Positions 36,074-48,262 are shown, counted from the first letter of the stretch. The stretch is 64,000 bases of DNA from Podarcis muralis (GCF_964188315.1 NC_135658.1:30690001-30754000), one strand, 5' to 3'. The notes: generated by a model not told the origin, from the sequence alone. Numbers and translations: made by a program.

Positions 36074-36440
36074 GTAAGCGGGGGTACCTAGACGGGGCGG
36101 GCGGGGGGGGGAAGAGAAAAGCATGCAAGCGCCTTCCTCCTTTGCCTGCGCCGGATTCGAACTCGCAACTTTGGTGCTGCGGGGGTCGGGCGGAGCGGCG
36201 GCGTCAGGAGCCCCAGCCCAGGAGCCGGGCGCTTCTCGGGGAAGGCGGCTTTTTTATTTTGCTGAACCAAGCAAGTTGCTGTAAAGTCCCGGAGAGTGAG
36301 GAGTAAGTGTGCGAGGAGGGTTTCGTCCTCCTTAGCAGTGCCGCCTTAAGCGCCTCGATGCTTTTGCAGCATAATCAGAACCGCTCCCCTTGCCCTGCTT
36401 CTTTCTCCTCTGCAGAGCGTTGAAAGGGAGAGTAATGTAT

Positions 36441-36578
36441 NNNNNNNNNNNNNNNNNNNNNNNNNNNNNNNNNNNNNNNNNNNNNNNNNNNNNNNNNNNN
36501 NNNNNNNNNNNNNNNNNNNNNNNNNNNNNNNNNNNNNNNNNNNNNNNNNNNNNNNNNNNNNNNNNNNNNNNNNNNNNN
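36441..36578. other. Assembly gap (138 N)
   Basis: Run of N next to the GC-rich island. Confidence 1.
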
Positions 36579-38425
36579 ACCTTTCAAGGGACTGTAGCTG
36601 TAGAAGTGGTTTTATTATAAGGAGCTGGGAAAGCCGTTACTTTCTCCTGTAATGTTTCTCTTCCTCTCTTTTTGTAATGCAGAGGTATAAAGGTTGGCTG
36701 AGAGCTTATTTCCACCCGGCGTGGATAGGGTGTGTTTTCTGTTTCGTTTTAAGAAGCGTGTCGGGCTGGTTGTTTATGTACAAAATAGTGTTCTTTGTGA
36801 AACACACACAGTCAAAATAACAGTATTTAATATTAAAGCGTAGTTTTACTGTGCCTCTTTTTTAAAAAAGGGGGGTTATAATCCAGAGGTCTACTTTCCC
36901 AGTTGTATAGAACAATGCAGTAATCTTTAAAAACCATGCAATGCTCCCCACAGCCTTAGTCACACTACAGATACTTCATTTTTAATGCTACCTTCTTAAT
37001 GCTGGACTTCACTGTGGTGAAGTTCCTTTAATTTTCAAGGTATTGACTTGAACACTGGTTCTTCTGAAAGCATGCGGGGAAGTTTGTTTTAGGAGAACTT
37101 TCTTGTTCAGAAGGACAGGAGCACTGAAAAGTGTATAAAGCCCTCTCAGGCAGCCCAAACCAACATGCTACAGAATTTAAGTTCCCTTGGGGTTATTCCC
37201 AAATAAGACTGTAGCCCAGGATACCTGCATTTGCTCTGATTTGATAGTTTATCCAGATTATTTACTGCTTTTATGCTAATTGTTTCTGTTTTAATACAAC
37301 AAAGTAGTCTTTGAAATACACATTCAGAAACAGTTTTTATACAATAGTAGAGTAACTATTTCTGTGTAATCTGTTTCAACCGTAAGTACTTGGATGTTCC
37401 AATCCTAGTGTCTTAAAACTTACAAAAATAAGTTTTGGTCTGTTAATTATGGGTAGCAATTCTTGTACTCTGATGAGGTAGAAAAGATTCAGTGTCTCTG
37501 ACCATTTGTTCTAAAAAATTTTTAACACAGTTGAAGTCATTGGGGTCAGAATGTGAATCATGAATACCTTACTAAGATGTGCTAACAGATTTGTTTTAGC
37601 AATGTTAACATTTGTGTGTGACAAAACAATGCGTTTCACTTTGGATAGGAAGTATCGTTTCTATAGAGTTGAACTGTGCATGGATTGAACTCTAAACATA
37701 CTTGGAGGCAACTAAATGAATCGAATGGGAGTTTCTTGCAGGTGATCATGCTTAGGATCAGAGTGTGATAATTACTGTTGTGCAGTTTACAAATGCAGGG
37801 AAGATCTGGGAGTCACAGAGTTACCTTCATTTCAACACTATCTCATGCCAACTGCTTACTGATGGGAGTTAAGAATTGTTTGTTTTTCTTAAGTTTTTAG
37901 AACTTTACAGGAATGCAGGGATCAGTTTTGCTATTGTGCTGGTTTGACTACATGCAACTATTAAGTAAGAGTCACCATGCTCATAGTTATGTGTGAAGTG
38001 CTGAACTTTTACCACTCCTTGATAATTTTAGTGATTTAAAAGGAAGAGACGCATCTTACTGTGGTGTAGTTTTTCAAGTCACATTGTGGGTATTTTAGTA
38101 AGCAAGGTATTTGTTACTCTGGTTTCTCCTCTTCTTCTTGGATTATGTGATTTGGTTACCACAGCATGTGGTGCGTTGGCAGGGGACTGTTGTGCTGCTG
38201 AAGCTTGAGAGTGAAGGACTGAGGCCCCTGCTGCTATGATCCAGATGCAGAACTCCACCAGCTGCACTGCAATCAGTTTTGCGCCTTTGCCAATGGTCCC
38301 TTAATTCGGGTCTGCAGCACTCCCTTGTGCTTGTTATCAGTTTTGGGATTTCCTTAAACAGTTGTGCTTGGTTTTACAGCCTTGGAAAAAGCGTGCCTAA
38401 TGTTGAACCTCTGCTCAGCTTTCCT

Positions 38426-39024
38426 GGCTGTGCACGCATTATACATTTAAAACATATTCTAAACACATTAAGGTAAAGATAAAGGTACCCCTGCCCGTAC
38501 GGGCCAGTCTTGACAGACTCCGGGGTTGTGCGCTCATCTCACTCTAAAGGCCGAGAGCCAGCGCTGTCCGGAGACACTTCCGGGTCACGTGGCCAGCGTG
38601 ACAAGCTGCATCTGGCGAGCCAGAGCCGCACACGGAATGCCATTTACCTTCCTGCTAGTAAGCGGTACCTATTTATCTACTTGCACCCGGGGGTGCTTTC
38701 GAACTGCTAGGTTGGCAGGCGCTGGGACCGAACAACGGGAGCGCACCCCGCCACAGGGATTCAAACCGCCGACCTTTCGATCGGCAAGCCCTAGGCGCTG
38801 AGGCTTTTACCCACAGCGCCACCCGCATCCGGCTGTGCACGCACTATACATTTAAAACATATTCTAAACACATTATTTCCCTCAAATAATTTTGGGCACT
38901 GTAGTTGGTTAAGCATTACCGGGATTGTAATCCTTCTTGCAGTAAACTACATTGTCCAGAATTATTTGTGGGAATGAATGTGTTTTAATTGTTCTTCAAA
39001 TGTATATAGTGTGTACACAGCCCC
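38426..39024. mobile_element. Palindromic MITE-like repeat hosting a Sauria SINE
   Basis: Left end GGCTGTGCACGCATTATACATTT and right end AAATGTATATAGTGTGTACACAGCC are inverted; internal arms ACTGTAGTT / AACTACATTG. Confidence 0.65.
38471..38830 (-). mobile_element. Sauria SINE with 45-bp flanking direct repeat
   Basis: Full-length copy; 38426-38470 and 38831-38875 identical at 44/45. Confidence 0.9.
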
Positions 39025-42000
39025 TAGTCTTGGCATGCAGTGTGTATAATGCTTCATTTCCACCCATTTCACCCCATTTTGTCCCCCTTGGTATTTGAGC
39101 ACCCTTAGCTGTTCACTCCTTGCAAGTGCTGCATGTATTTGTCAGCCCAAGGCTTGTTCTGAAATTGGACAGAATGATAAGTGAGTTGGTCCACGACAGC
39201 CTTGTATTTAAGCACTTGCCTGGGAGCCATAGGTGATGAGACATGAAAGGCCACTGTCAGAATAGGATTGGCAGCTTCACTCCCATTTTTTCACTTCCTT
39301 CCTGGTGCCCAACTATGTTTGTGATGTGGCTGGCAGTGTTAGGGTTGGTAGTGCCCCTCCTCATTCCACAGATTAGCCCTAGTGAATAAAGTGAGATTTC
39401 AGTTTTCAATTATGTTCAGTCTGTAAGGAGGCTAGTAACTTTCATAGACTTATTTATTTGGCTGGTTGGCCTATGACTCTTCAGCATCCGTTGAGTCCAT
39501 TGAAAAATGGTTTAAGAAGAGCCAAGGGTAGCTCCAGAGACACCCTTCATTTGTTGGACTGCTGCTGTCTTTCAACTCCAGTTAGCATAGCCAAGTGGTC
39601 ATTTATGATTAGAGTTGTAGTCCCAACACCAGTTGAAGTGCACCATGTTGGCTACCCCTGACTCTTAGGAAATGCGTGGTTGGTTGTCTGCAGTACTGCA
39701 TGCTCTTTCCTAATTTTCCAAGCATTAGAAACAACTCTTCTGTCGTCACAGGATTTCTCCCTCTGTAGACCAGTGAAAGGTAGGCCTTTCTGTAGAAACA
39801 GAAGAATTGTGCTCAAACTACCATGCATGATTAGTATGACATCCTCATAAACGCCAGTCTAGGACCTGAATTTTTTTATCTGGTTCCCACATAATGGGTG
39901 GTGGTGTGAAGGGGATGGCCATTTTCTTGTTTTCACTTTTTTTGGTAAATGGGCTAGGGAGCACTCTAATTTGGCTTTGTACTATAGAAGGACATTTTCC
40001 CATAATGGCATAAAAATTAATAATCCTGAAATGATGGAGCAGTGAGGCCAGTGGAAAGGATGTGTTTTTACAGACTTTTTACAGATCAGCACTGGAAGTG
40101 GAGTTTACACTGGGGTTGCACAGAATATGCACAGCTACCTTCAGTACACATTGTTCTTCAAATCCAAGAATTACTTGTAAGGGAGGAAAGATGTGTCACT
40201 CATCCCAGACCCTGTGGGATAAGTCCAGCATAAGATCCAGTCCAGCATCCTCTTCTCAAAACCAAGTGAGGGGTTTCCATAGGCATGAAGGCAACATTCA
40301 TCTCCCACTCATGATCCGCAGCAGCTTGTATTCACAGGCATACTGCCTCTGATACTTGAGCTGATAAATATAATAAATATAATTATAATTATTTATGAAT
40401 TTATGAATCACCTTTTGCATGTGTCTAAAGGTGCTTTATAGATATAACATAAAACAGCTGATCATGGTTTTAAAACACTACCCCAACCAACAAAAAATAG
40501 GTGTTCATTTTGTATTCTTTTTCAACCCAAGGCAAAGAGATCTTTTCATCCCGTTAGAAGAGCTTGTTGAAACAAAAAAATTCTTCAATGGTTTACTGAA
40601 AAGAACAGACAGTGGACATGTGTTGTATCTAAACAGGAATGCTGTTCCACCAAAGGGGCAGCCACCCTGAAAGCCCTGGTTCAGAATGCAGTTATCTACT
40701 GGATATATAAGGGATAAGGTGGTATTTCAAGTAACCTAGCCCTGAACTTTATATGTTAGTACCAAAACCTTAAACTTAGCCCAGGGATGTATTGGCAGCC
40801 AGTGCAAATCGTGCAAACAAGGTGCTATATAGTGAAGGTACGGTAGTTTGCTGCCAGCAGCAGCCTAGCCACCACATTCTGCACTAGTTGCAGCCTCTTA
40901 ACCAACCTCAAGGGTAATCATCATGACTGGTAGCCATTTCCTTATGAATTTATCTAAAATTCATAATTTAAGGCCATCCAAGTTTGGTGACCATCAGTAA
41001 TAACTTGTTTGAAGGCATTGCACAGGGCAACTACTGTACCAGTGAATTAGCTATTTGAGCAGCGGAACATGCAACAGTTTCTCTAGGTACGAAGCACAGT
41101 TCATTCGCTGGTGGGAAATTCAATGTGCCCAGAAGGGCATCCTTTACAGAAGACTGCTGGACACAGGGCAGTAAATGGACAACAACTGTGTACTGAACTG
41201 TTGTACTAAAAGTATATTGTACAGAAGGAGCAACAGCAGGGAGGAAAGTACTGTACTGCTCCCAGTACACCATGGAACAGAATTTTCTTGTTTCTTGTAG
41301 GAAGGGAAGTTACCCAAAGCTTCCTGACAAGAGCTGTAGACTGTCATGGATCTATTTCTGAACTAGAGAACAGCAAAGGCTGAATGACAGAAGGGAAACA
41401 CTGTTAAATATGGTGAAAATCAGAACAGTTTTCATCTTGACATTGGAAGGCTTACATAGTGTACCAGAGCCTCGAAGTGCTGCAGGTCTTACTCAAATAG
41501 ATGGGACTTGGCATTGATTTCAGGATTGCATTGTCCATTGGTTGGTATTTGTACCATCTATTTTAAAAGGAAGCAGCATTTCCCTCTTCACTTGTATCAA
41601 AGCCTTTTCAACAGTTATTCATCACAGTGCAGCAAAACAGATTTATACTTCCTTTTGTCTGTGTAAGCCACTCTCTCAATGCCTATATCAGTAGCAAAAA
41701 TAATTACATGTTCTCAGTTTTTTTTGTCCAAGATTTTCTAATTATAAACCAATGCATTCAGAGTGACGGCAGAATCAGCATGCCAGATCTAGGCTTCTGA
41801 TGCATCTGTAGAGACTATCTAGATCTGTTCTCTCTTAAGCAATGACAGTTTGGACAAATGGACACAATTGCTTGGAGAGTATGACACCATCTAGCTTTTA
41901 ACAAATGTATGTACTGAGTAGGTAATGTATGGACTTAAAAAAAAAAAAAATCTCCTTTGCCTCTTCCAGAGGGGTGGATGTGGGAAGCAGACATAAAAAA

Positions 42001-42501
42001 AAATCTCCGTTCAAATACCATATCAGCTTTTTTTGTAATAAACTTATTTTTGAAACAAACTTTATTTATTTACTCATAGTATGTATATGCTTGATATACA
42101 TAGCAGTGACATATGCTTTTAAAAGATATACAGTACAGTCCACTTGAAATGTTTCTGAGAGGTCTCCCAGTGATCTTTATTTTCTCTGTCCACCTGTGGT
42201 TCTTTCTGCTGTGAATATCCCACCAAGGTTGTTCCCAGCCCTTACACCGTCTCCCATTCTACAAAAAAAACATGAAACTTGTTAGTTGTGGTTTGCGCGC
42301 TATGGCTTATCGAACCTACTGGGAATAAAATGACAAAAATTGACTTTGAATGGTCGATGACCCTTTTCTGTGGCACTTAATACCATTTTTATACCTTATT
42401 TTGAAAGGGACCACAATTAGCTTTGTTTTGATATCAAAACAAACCCAATCGGTTGAAAAATAAGCGAAACAGGAGGTTTTTTCTAAACTGACGCAGAGAT
42501 T

Positions 42502-42852
42502 AAGGTAAAGGTAAAGGTACCCCTGCCCGTAAGGGCTAGTCTTGACAGACTCTAGGGTTGTGCGCCCATCTCACTCAAGAGCGCTGTCCGGAGACACTTC
42601 CGGGTCACGTGGCCAGCGTGACATCGCTGCTCTGGCGAGCCAGAGCCGCACACGGAAATGCCGTTTACCTTCCCGCTAGTAAGCGGTCCCTATTTATCTA
42701 CTTGCACCCGGGGGTGCTTTCGAACTGCTAGGTTGGCAGGCGCTGGGACCGAACAACGGGAGCGCACCCCGCTGCGGGGATTCGAACCGCCGACCTTTCG
42801 ATCAGCAAGCCCTAGGCGCTGAGGCTTTTACCCACAGCGCCACCCGCGTCCC
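42502..42852 (-). mobile_element. Sauria SINE
   Basis: Exact 13-bp TSD TGACGCAGAGATT; ~11-bp internal deletion relative to the 38.5-kb copy. Confidence 0.9.
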
Positions 42853-43814
42853 TGACGCAGAGATTGCATTAGCCTAAATCGCGTGAAAATCATTTTTTTT
42901 TTAAAAAAAAATTCTCCTGTGCCAAATTTTGGACCAAAAAAATAATTTGAGGTTATCTCATAGGTATCTACACATAAACTTTTTTTTGAAGAAAATCTGA
43001 GTCGTGAGAGCACATGACACCAGGTGATTTGATGCGGTATGATCCATATGTGAGAACTTGTTCAACATTGTGACTTTAATCTGGGATAGTGTTGAGTTGC
43101 AATTGACTAGACTTGTTGGGTGATCAGCTATGTCTACATTGAAAGCCGCAATGTAGGAATGACAGCCTTTAATTTACTTTATGTATTGGCTGATACATGA
43201 TGACCAGCCAAAACATACTATGCATTGTCTGAGGTATAGAGTATTCCATCTCCCTTGCATTGGCTTTTCCTCACTGATTGGCAGAAAAGGTGATTACATT
43301 GTGCCCCAGTCCCTTTAGTGGTATAGAGTACAAATGTTCAAATCTTTGTAACACAGGGTACTGTTTGCAAGGTCTCTTGGAGGAGAGGTAAAATAGCTTG
43401 CATCCATATTATGCAACAGAAGTAGGGGTACTCAGCAGTTCGGGCTTGCAGTAGAATGAGTAGATGGCATATTCTTGGCTCCATGGTCCAAGTCTTAACC
43501 ACTAGAGAACATTTTACATCTTATGGCAAATAAGCAATATTCCCCCTGGTACCCCTTAGGGGATATTTAGCGACTTTTTCTGGTGACTCATCTATTTGTC
43601 AGGATGCTACTATTATACTTTTAAAAATACAGTATTCAAGAGTGCTTGTAAACAGTTTCTTTCAAGGAGAATTGCACACACAACATATTTGGAGTTCATC
43701 GGAGTGATAAGCTAGCTTTCTTTGCTTTTAAATGCCTGCTCATGCCTTTGAAGAGCAGTAAAGTTGTTGCGTTTGACATTTCTGTTGGCATTGTTGCTCC
43801 AAAGTATTTACGTA

Positions 43815-44486
43815 CAGTGGAACCTCTACTTACAACCATAATCCGTTCCGGAGGTCAGGTCATTACTAGAAACGTACACAAGTACACTTTTCCATAGAAA
43901 GTAAGAAAAGTGAATTGAGCCGTTCTAGATGATGAAAAACACCCCCTAAAACAGCAATTTAACACGGATTTTACTGTCTTAACGAGACCATAGAGCCATA
44001 AAACGAAGGCAATAATCAATGTACTGTACTATAAGATAAATAAGACAGTATTGTAGATGAAAAAAATTAACATTTTTCTCTCTCACATGCACTGAGGTGG
44101 GCTTACCTGGCTACAAGCTGGGGGTGGGGCAAAGGGTCAGTAAAGAGCTGATTCGCTTCGGCCAGGCAGGGTCACTTTTTTTTCTTGCCAGGCCAGGTTC
44201 TTCTTTAGACTTCCTCAGGTTAGTTCCTTGGTGGGTTTGGGGCTGCAGTGCGCCCCTCTGTGCCTCTTGCAGGCGGCACCTCTTCCACAGCTTCGAGGGT
44301 GGGATGGGGGCTTTCTCTCCAGCAGCAGAGGCCTCAGCGCTGCTCTGCAGCCTGCCGGGCGAGCTCCGGGCTGCTGGCAAGGCCTCTGTTCGTATCTAGC
44401 GGAAAGTTCATAAGTCAAAGTACCTACTGAAGGTCGTAACTGGAATCGTATGTAAGTAGAGCCGTATGTAAGTCGAGGTTCCACTG
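43815..44486. mobile_element. Tigger/pogo-like non-autonomous DNA transposon (672 bp)
   Basis: TA-CAGTGGAACCTCTACTTACA ... TGTAAGTCGAGGTTCCACTG-TA; subterminal repeats; no transposase ORF. Confidence 0.85.
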
Positions 44487-45177
44487 TAGTAATTTGCTTT
44501 TGTAAATTGGAAAGTGGTAAATGTTTTCTTGAGAGCTCGTTTATAGAACTATATATGAGGGAACATAGCTGGTGTGGTTCAGTGTGGGCATCACCACTGG
44601 TGCTCATCATTGTGGCAATCTGAAAATGGGAACATCATGTTCTTCCTTTCTGAGAAATACAGTTTCTTAGTTCTGTGCCAAAGACTATTGTTTTCTCATG
44701 ATATGTTTTACTTTCAGTCAGTAGAGAAGAGTTGTCTACTGTGCTATTAAACACAATTTATGTTAAATACCTCAGAGCTGCTGGTGATCTCTCATATCTG
44801 CTTTAGATTTATATATTCCCCCCATGAAAATGTGATAGTACAAGCAAGCTGACCATTCTGTGGTGACCAATGTAACATTTATAAGCTTCTTTACATAATA
44901 TTTTGTGTTTCAGCTAATAGTATTGAGCATCAATTACCATTAACAGTTTGTTAGCTGCCTTGATCTTTCCTACAAAAATTATCAAGTGGTAGTTTAAATA
45001 CGGTACTTCCTTTTTATTGTGTATTGAAATATGTAACTAATGCAACATTCTTGCAATCTCAATAACTTTACTTGGATTTTGTTGAGGGGGGAAAGGCATG
45101 TGCATTTGTAACAAATGTAACACACTCAAGCAGCATAGGTTTTACTGTCTGAATCTGATTTTGCTCCTAACATCATC

Positions 45178-45452
45178 CATTAGTTCAGTTGGTTAGATAG
45201 CGTAATGGGTTTGATCCCCATACGGGCCACATGCATATTCCTGCATTGCAAGGGAATGGACTAGATCAGTGTTTCCCAACCTTGGGCCTCCAGCTGTTTT
45301 TGGACTACAACTCCCATCATCCCTAGCTAGCAAGACCAGTGGTCAGGGATGATGGGAATTGTAGTTCAAAAACAGCTGGAGGCCCAAGGTTGGGAAACAC
45401 TGGACTAGATGACCCTTGTGGTTTCATCCAACTCCACAATTCTATGATTCTG
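45178..45452 (+). mobile_element. tRNA-Ile(AAT)-derived CR1-tailed SINE, split by a hAT MITE
   Basis: TAGTTCAGTTGGTTAGA...GGTTTGATCCCCATACGGGCCA resembles tRNA-Ile-AAT ends (internal deletion); tail ends CCAACTCCACAATTCTATGATTCT. Confidence 0.75.
45267..45402. mobile_element. Young hAT hairpin MITE (136 bp)
   Basis: Near-perfect ~55-bp arms starting CAGTGTTTCCCAACCTTGGGCCTCCAGCTG; exact TSD GACTAGAT (45259-45266, 45403-45410). Confidence 0.93.
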
Positions 45453-46014
45453 TAAAATTTATTGTCAGCAAAACTATAGTACACTAAAGGCTCATTAGCT
45501 TGTTCTCAGTTTTCTTGGAGAGGTCTTTAACTGCACTTTAGGAAAAAAATCAGAGAAATTCTGGGTCATCTTGTATGTGACACTTCTTGCATGTGGTTGT
45601 TTTACTCACTTGCAAAATGCCATTTTGAAAAACAGTTGCCAATTAATGAAACGTGGGAAAATTATCTTTGAAATTATATAGAGCATGTTAACTACACATG
45701 AAAATGAAAATTGAGTCTATAGGTTGACATTTCTATGGAACTACCCAATACAACTTGATTAAAAAGGCTCGCCAAGCAGTGTTCAAATAAAATTATAGAT
45801 AAAACACAACTAATACCTATAAATCAACTAAAAAGGATATACATAAAACTGTAATTAGAAACAAAGATAAAATATAGGTATTAAAGTGTGTGTGTGTGTG
45901 TACATATTGAAAGGAATTTTGTGCTAGAATTCTCAAATGTGTACATGGGGCTTTGAAGACATGGGTGTGTGTGCTATGTGTTTGTTCTGGGAACTCTTGA
46001 ACACTGCTATTTCT

Positions 46015-46628
46015 TTAATATATTTTATTATTTATACCCCACCCATTCTGGGTGGCTTACAGCATATAGAAAAAATGGTAAAATGTCAGACATTAACTAT
46101 TTCTCGATATAGGGCTGCCTTCAGGTGTCTTCTAAAAGTCAGAAAGTTGTTTATTTCCTTGATATCTGATGGGAGGGCGATAGTTGTTTATTTCCTAGAC
46201 ATCCGATGGGAGGGCATTCCGCAGGGCAGGTGACACTACCGAGAAGGCGCTCTGCTTGGTTCCCTGTAACCTCATTTCTTGCAGTGAGGGAAATGGGGAT
46301 GGAGACTGTCCTTCACGTATACTGGGCCGAGGTTGTTTAGGACTTTAAAGGTCAGCACCAATGCTTTGAGTTGTGCTCGGAAACGTACTGAGAGCCAATG
46401 TAGGTCTCTTAGGACCAGTGTTATGTGGTCTTGGTGGCCATTCCCAGTCACCAATCTAGCTGCCGCATTCTGGATTAGTTGTAGTTTCTGAGTTACCACA
46501 TAGAGTGCATTGCAGTAGTCTAAGCGGGAGATAGCAGGAGCATGCACCACTCTGACTAGACAGTCGGTGGGCAGGTAGGGTCTCAGCCTGCATACCAGAT
46601 GGAGCTGGTAGACAGCTGCCCTGGACAC
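46015..46628 (-). mobile_element. 5'-truncated L2 LINE
   Basis: ORF 46272-46628: AVYQLHLVCRLRPYLPTDCLVRVVHA...SRLDYCNALY...QKLQLIQNAAARL; same subfamily as the 31.2-kb copy. Confidence 0.9.
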
Positions 46629-46789
46629 AGAGGAGTGGAATATGTATCCTAAAAATAAATAAATACTTAGGTTCTTGCTTTAAGCATTCATTTTCATTTG
46701 TCATTGACTTTTCAGTGTTGAGAGGAATTTAAATCCTTTTAAAATAATGGACAAAGTGAAGAGATATTCTGAGCCCATCTAAATATGAA

Positions 46790-48170
46790 ACAGTGCAATA
46801 CTGGACATACATACTCAGAAGCAAGCCACATTGAATTCGGTGCTGCTTACTCCTAGGTAGGATTGCATCCTATATCAGGAGAAAATGTCTCTGTCCCGCC
46901 CCCATTACTTCTGATTTTTTTCCTGTTGCTTTTGCTTTTATGTTCACATTTCTGGCAATATGTTATTTTTTCTACTCTTGCTGCTAAGGCACTGCACAGA
47001 TTTGGTAGTAAATAGTCCATGATAAGGTAAAGACTTGCCTTGAGTGACTCAAAAGCAGTGAAGTTTGTATCTTTCAGTTCTAGCTTCTGCATACTTTTGA
47101 CTTTGACTTTCTTCCTGTAATATTTCAGTGAGATTGCATAGGAGCGGAAAGATAAACATGTGCCAAAATCTTTGCAACATCAGATCCTTTGTGTGTGTTA
47201 AACTTCTTCAAATTGTCATTACCATACACATTTGATTTAATCTGCCTTCGTGTTGCCTGGATCCCTTGCTTTGTTAAATCAACATTTCCATAAAGGGAGA
47301 CGTTGTGGGATTACTGTGTTTATAGGAATTGACGTTTTAGTCCTTTGACCTTCTATGCTCTGGAATAATCTGTATTTTCCTACTGCAACAGCTTTAACGT
47401 GTTGGATAAGAAGAGGCGCTGCAGGATACCTTGTACCTCATGAAGCACAAATTGAGTTGTGGAGTCCAAAGTGGGGGCTATAAATACAACATTCTGGTTG
47501 TGCACTTGGTCAGTAGTACTATCTGGATCCCCTGCTGCAGTTAAAAGTTGTTATTTGGTGTAGATCTTAGAGGTACTTGAACTGGTGACACCCAAGTGGT
47601 TCAGGCAGATGTGGAGTAATACTCCATGTCAGTGTTTTCAAACTGGTAACATCCCTTTAAGGAAAACATGTAGAATTATTCTAGATATAATTATTGGCAT
47701 TTTATTTTATGACTCTATTGCTTCCTGCCTCTTCAGATCAATACAGTAAAATAAAATTAGCTTACTCCAAATTCTAATGCAGAAAACATTTGTATATACC
47801 CCTGTGCTCATTAATTTTTTATTGTGTGCTGAATATGTAATATTTAACCATACACTTCTGTTTTGGCACATCACTGGTAGAACTCTTTATTTTTGCACTG
47901 GTATGAGTGCAGCCTCCTTGCTATTTTTATCCAAGAGTCTTTGGCTGCAATCCTAAATGTACTTATTTCAAAGTAAATTTCAGAGAAATCAATGGGATTC
48001 GCTTGCAAGTAAATGTGTTGTAGAACCAAGGTGCCAGCCTCGTTTATCCATAACTTGTTTTATATCTTTGCAGACTAGAGCCGTTGCAGCTCTAAACAGA
48101 CTTACAAGGAGTAAGTCCCTTGGAACTAAGAGGGCTTTACTTTTGAGCAAAGATGCTTAGGAACATGCTA
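46790..48170. repeat. Cluster of three ~85-bp decayed palindromic dispersed repeats (46790-46870, 47945-48030, 48080-48170; another at 52085-52170)
   Basis: Shared pattern GCAATCCT..ACTCAGAAGTAAG..TTACTCCCAGGTA..AGGATTGC; the interval is not one continuous element. Confidence 0.55.
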
Positions 48171-48262
48171 TAGGGCAGTACTTTTGCACCCTTTCTAAGA
48201 TGCAGCTTCTTTCTACTCTTACACTTTAATGATGGGTTCATGATATGCCTAAACTGTTATCT

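Larger units (their letters stand above)
34900..36360. promoter_or_regulatory. CpG island promoter and first exon(s)
   Basis: Abrupt shift to very high GC and CpG density in a CpG-depleted background; many GC boxes; no TATA box seen. Confidence 0.95.

Noticed and set aside
34871-36306. Long overlapping ORFs on both strands (347, 229, 207, 198, 191 aa)
   Set aside because: They are low-complexity Arg/Pro/Ala/Gly translations of a CpG island, where stop codons are rare; several start at non-ATG codons and none has a domain. Only the 70-nt exon at 36004 has supporting signals.
36375-36620. ORFs spanning poly-X
   Set aside because: Artefacts of the N gap.
45267-45402. Long hairpins resembling pre-miRNAs (also 9949-10080 and 24503-24607)
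   Set aside because: Fully explained as hAT MITEs with 8-bp TSDs; nothing in the sequence indicates small-RNA processing.
47392-47483. Candidate phase-1 exon 2 (ALTCWIRRGAAG...) after a pyrimidine tract and CAG
   Set aside because: It reaches a stop codon with no credible donor and does not resemble a known domain.
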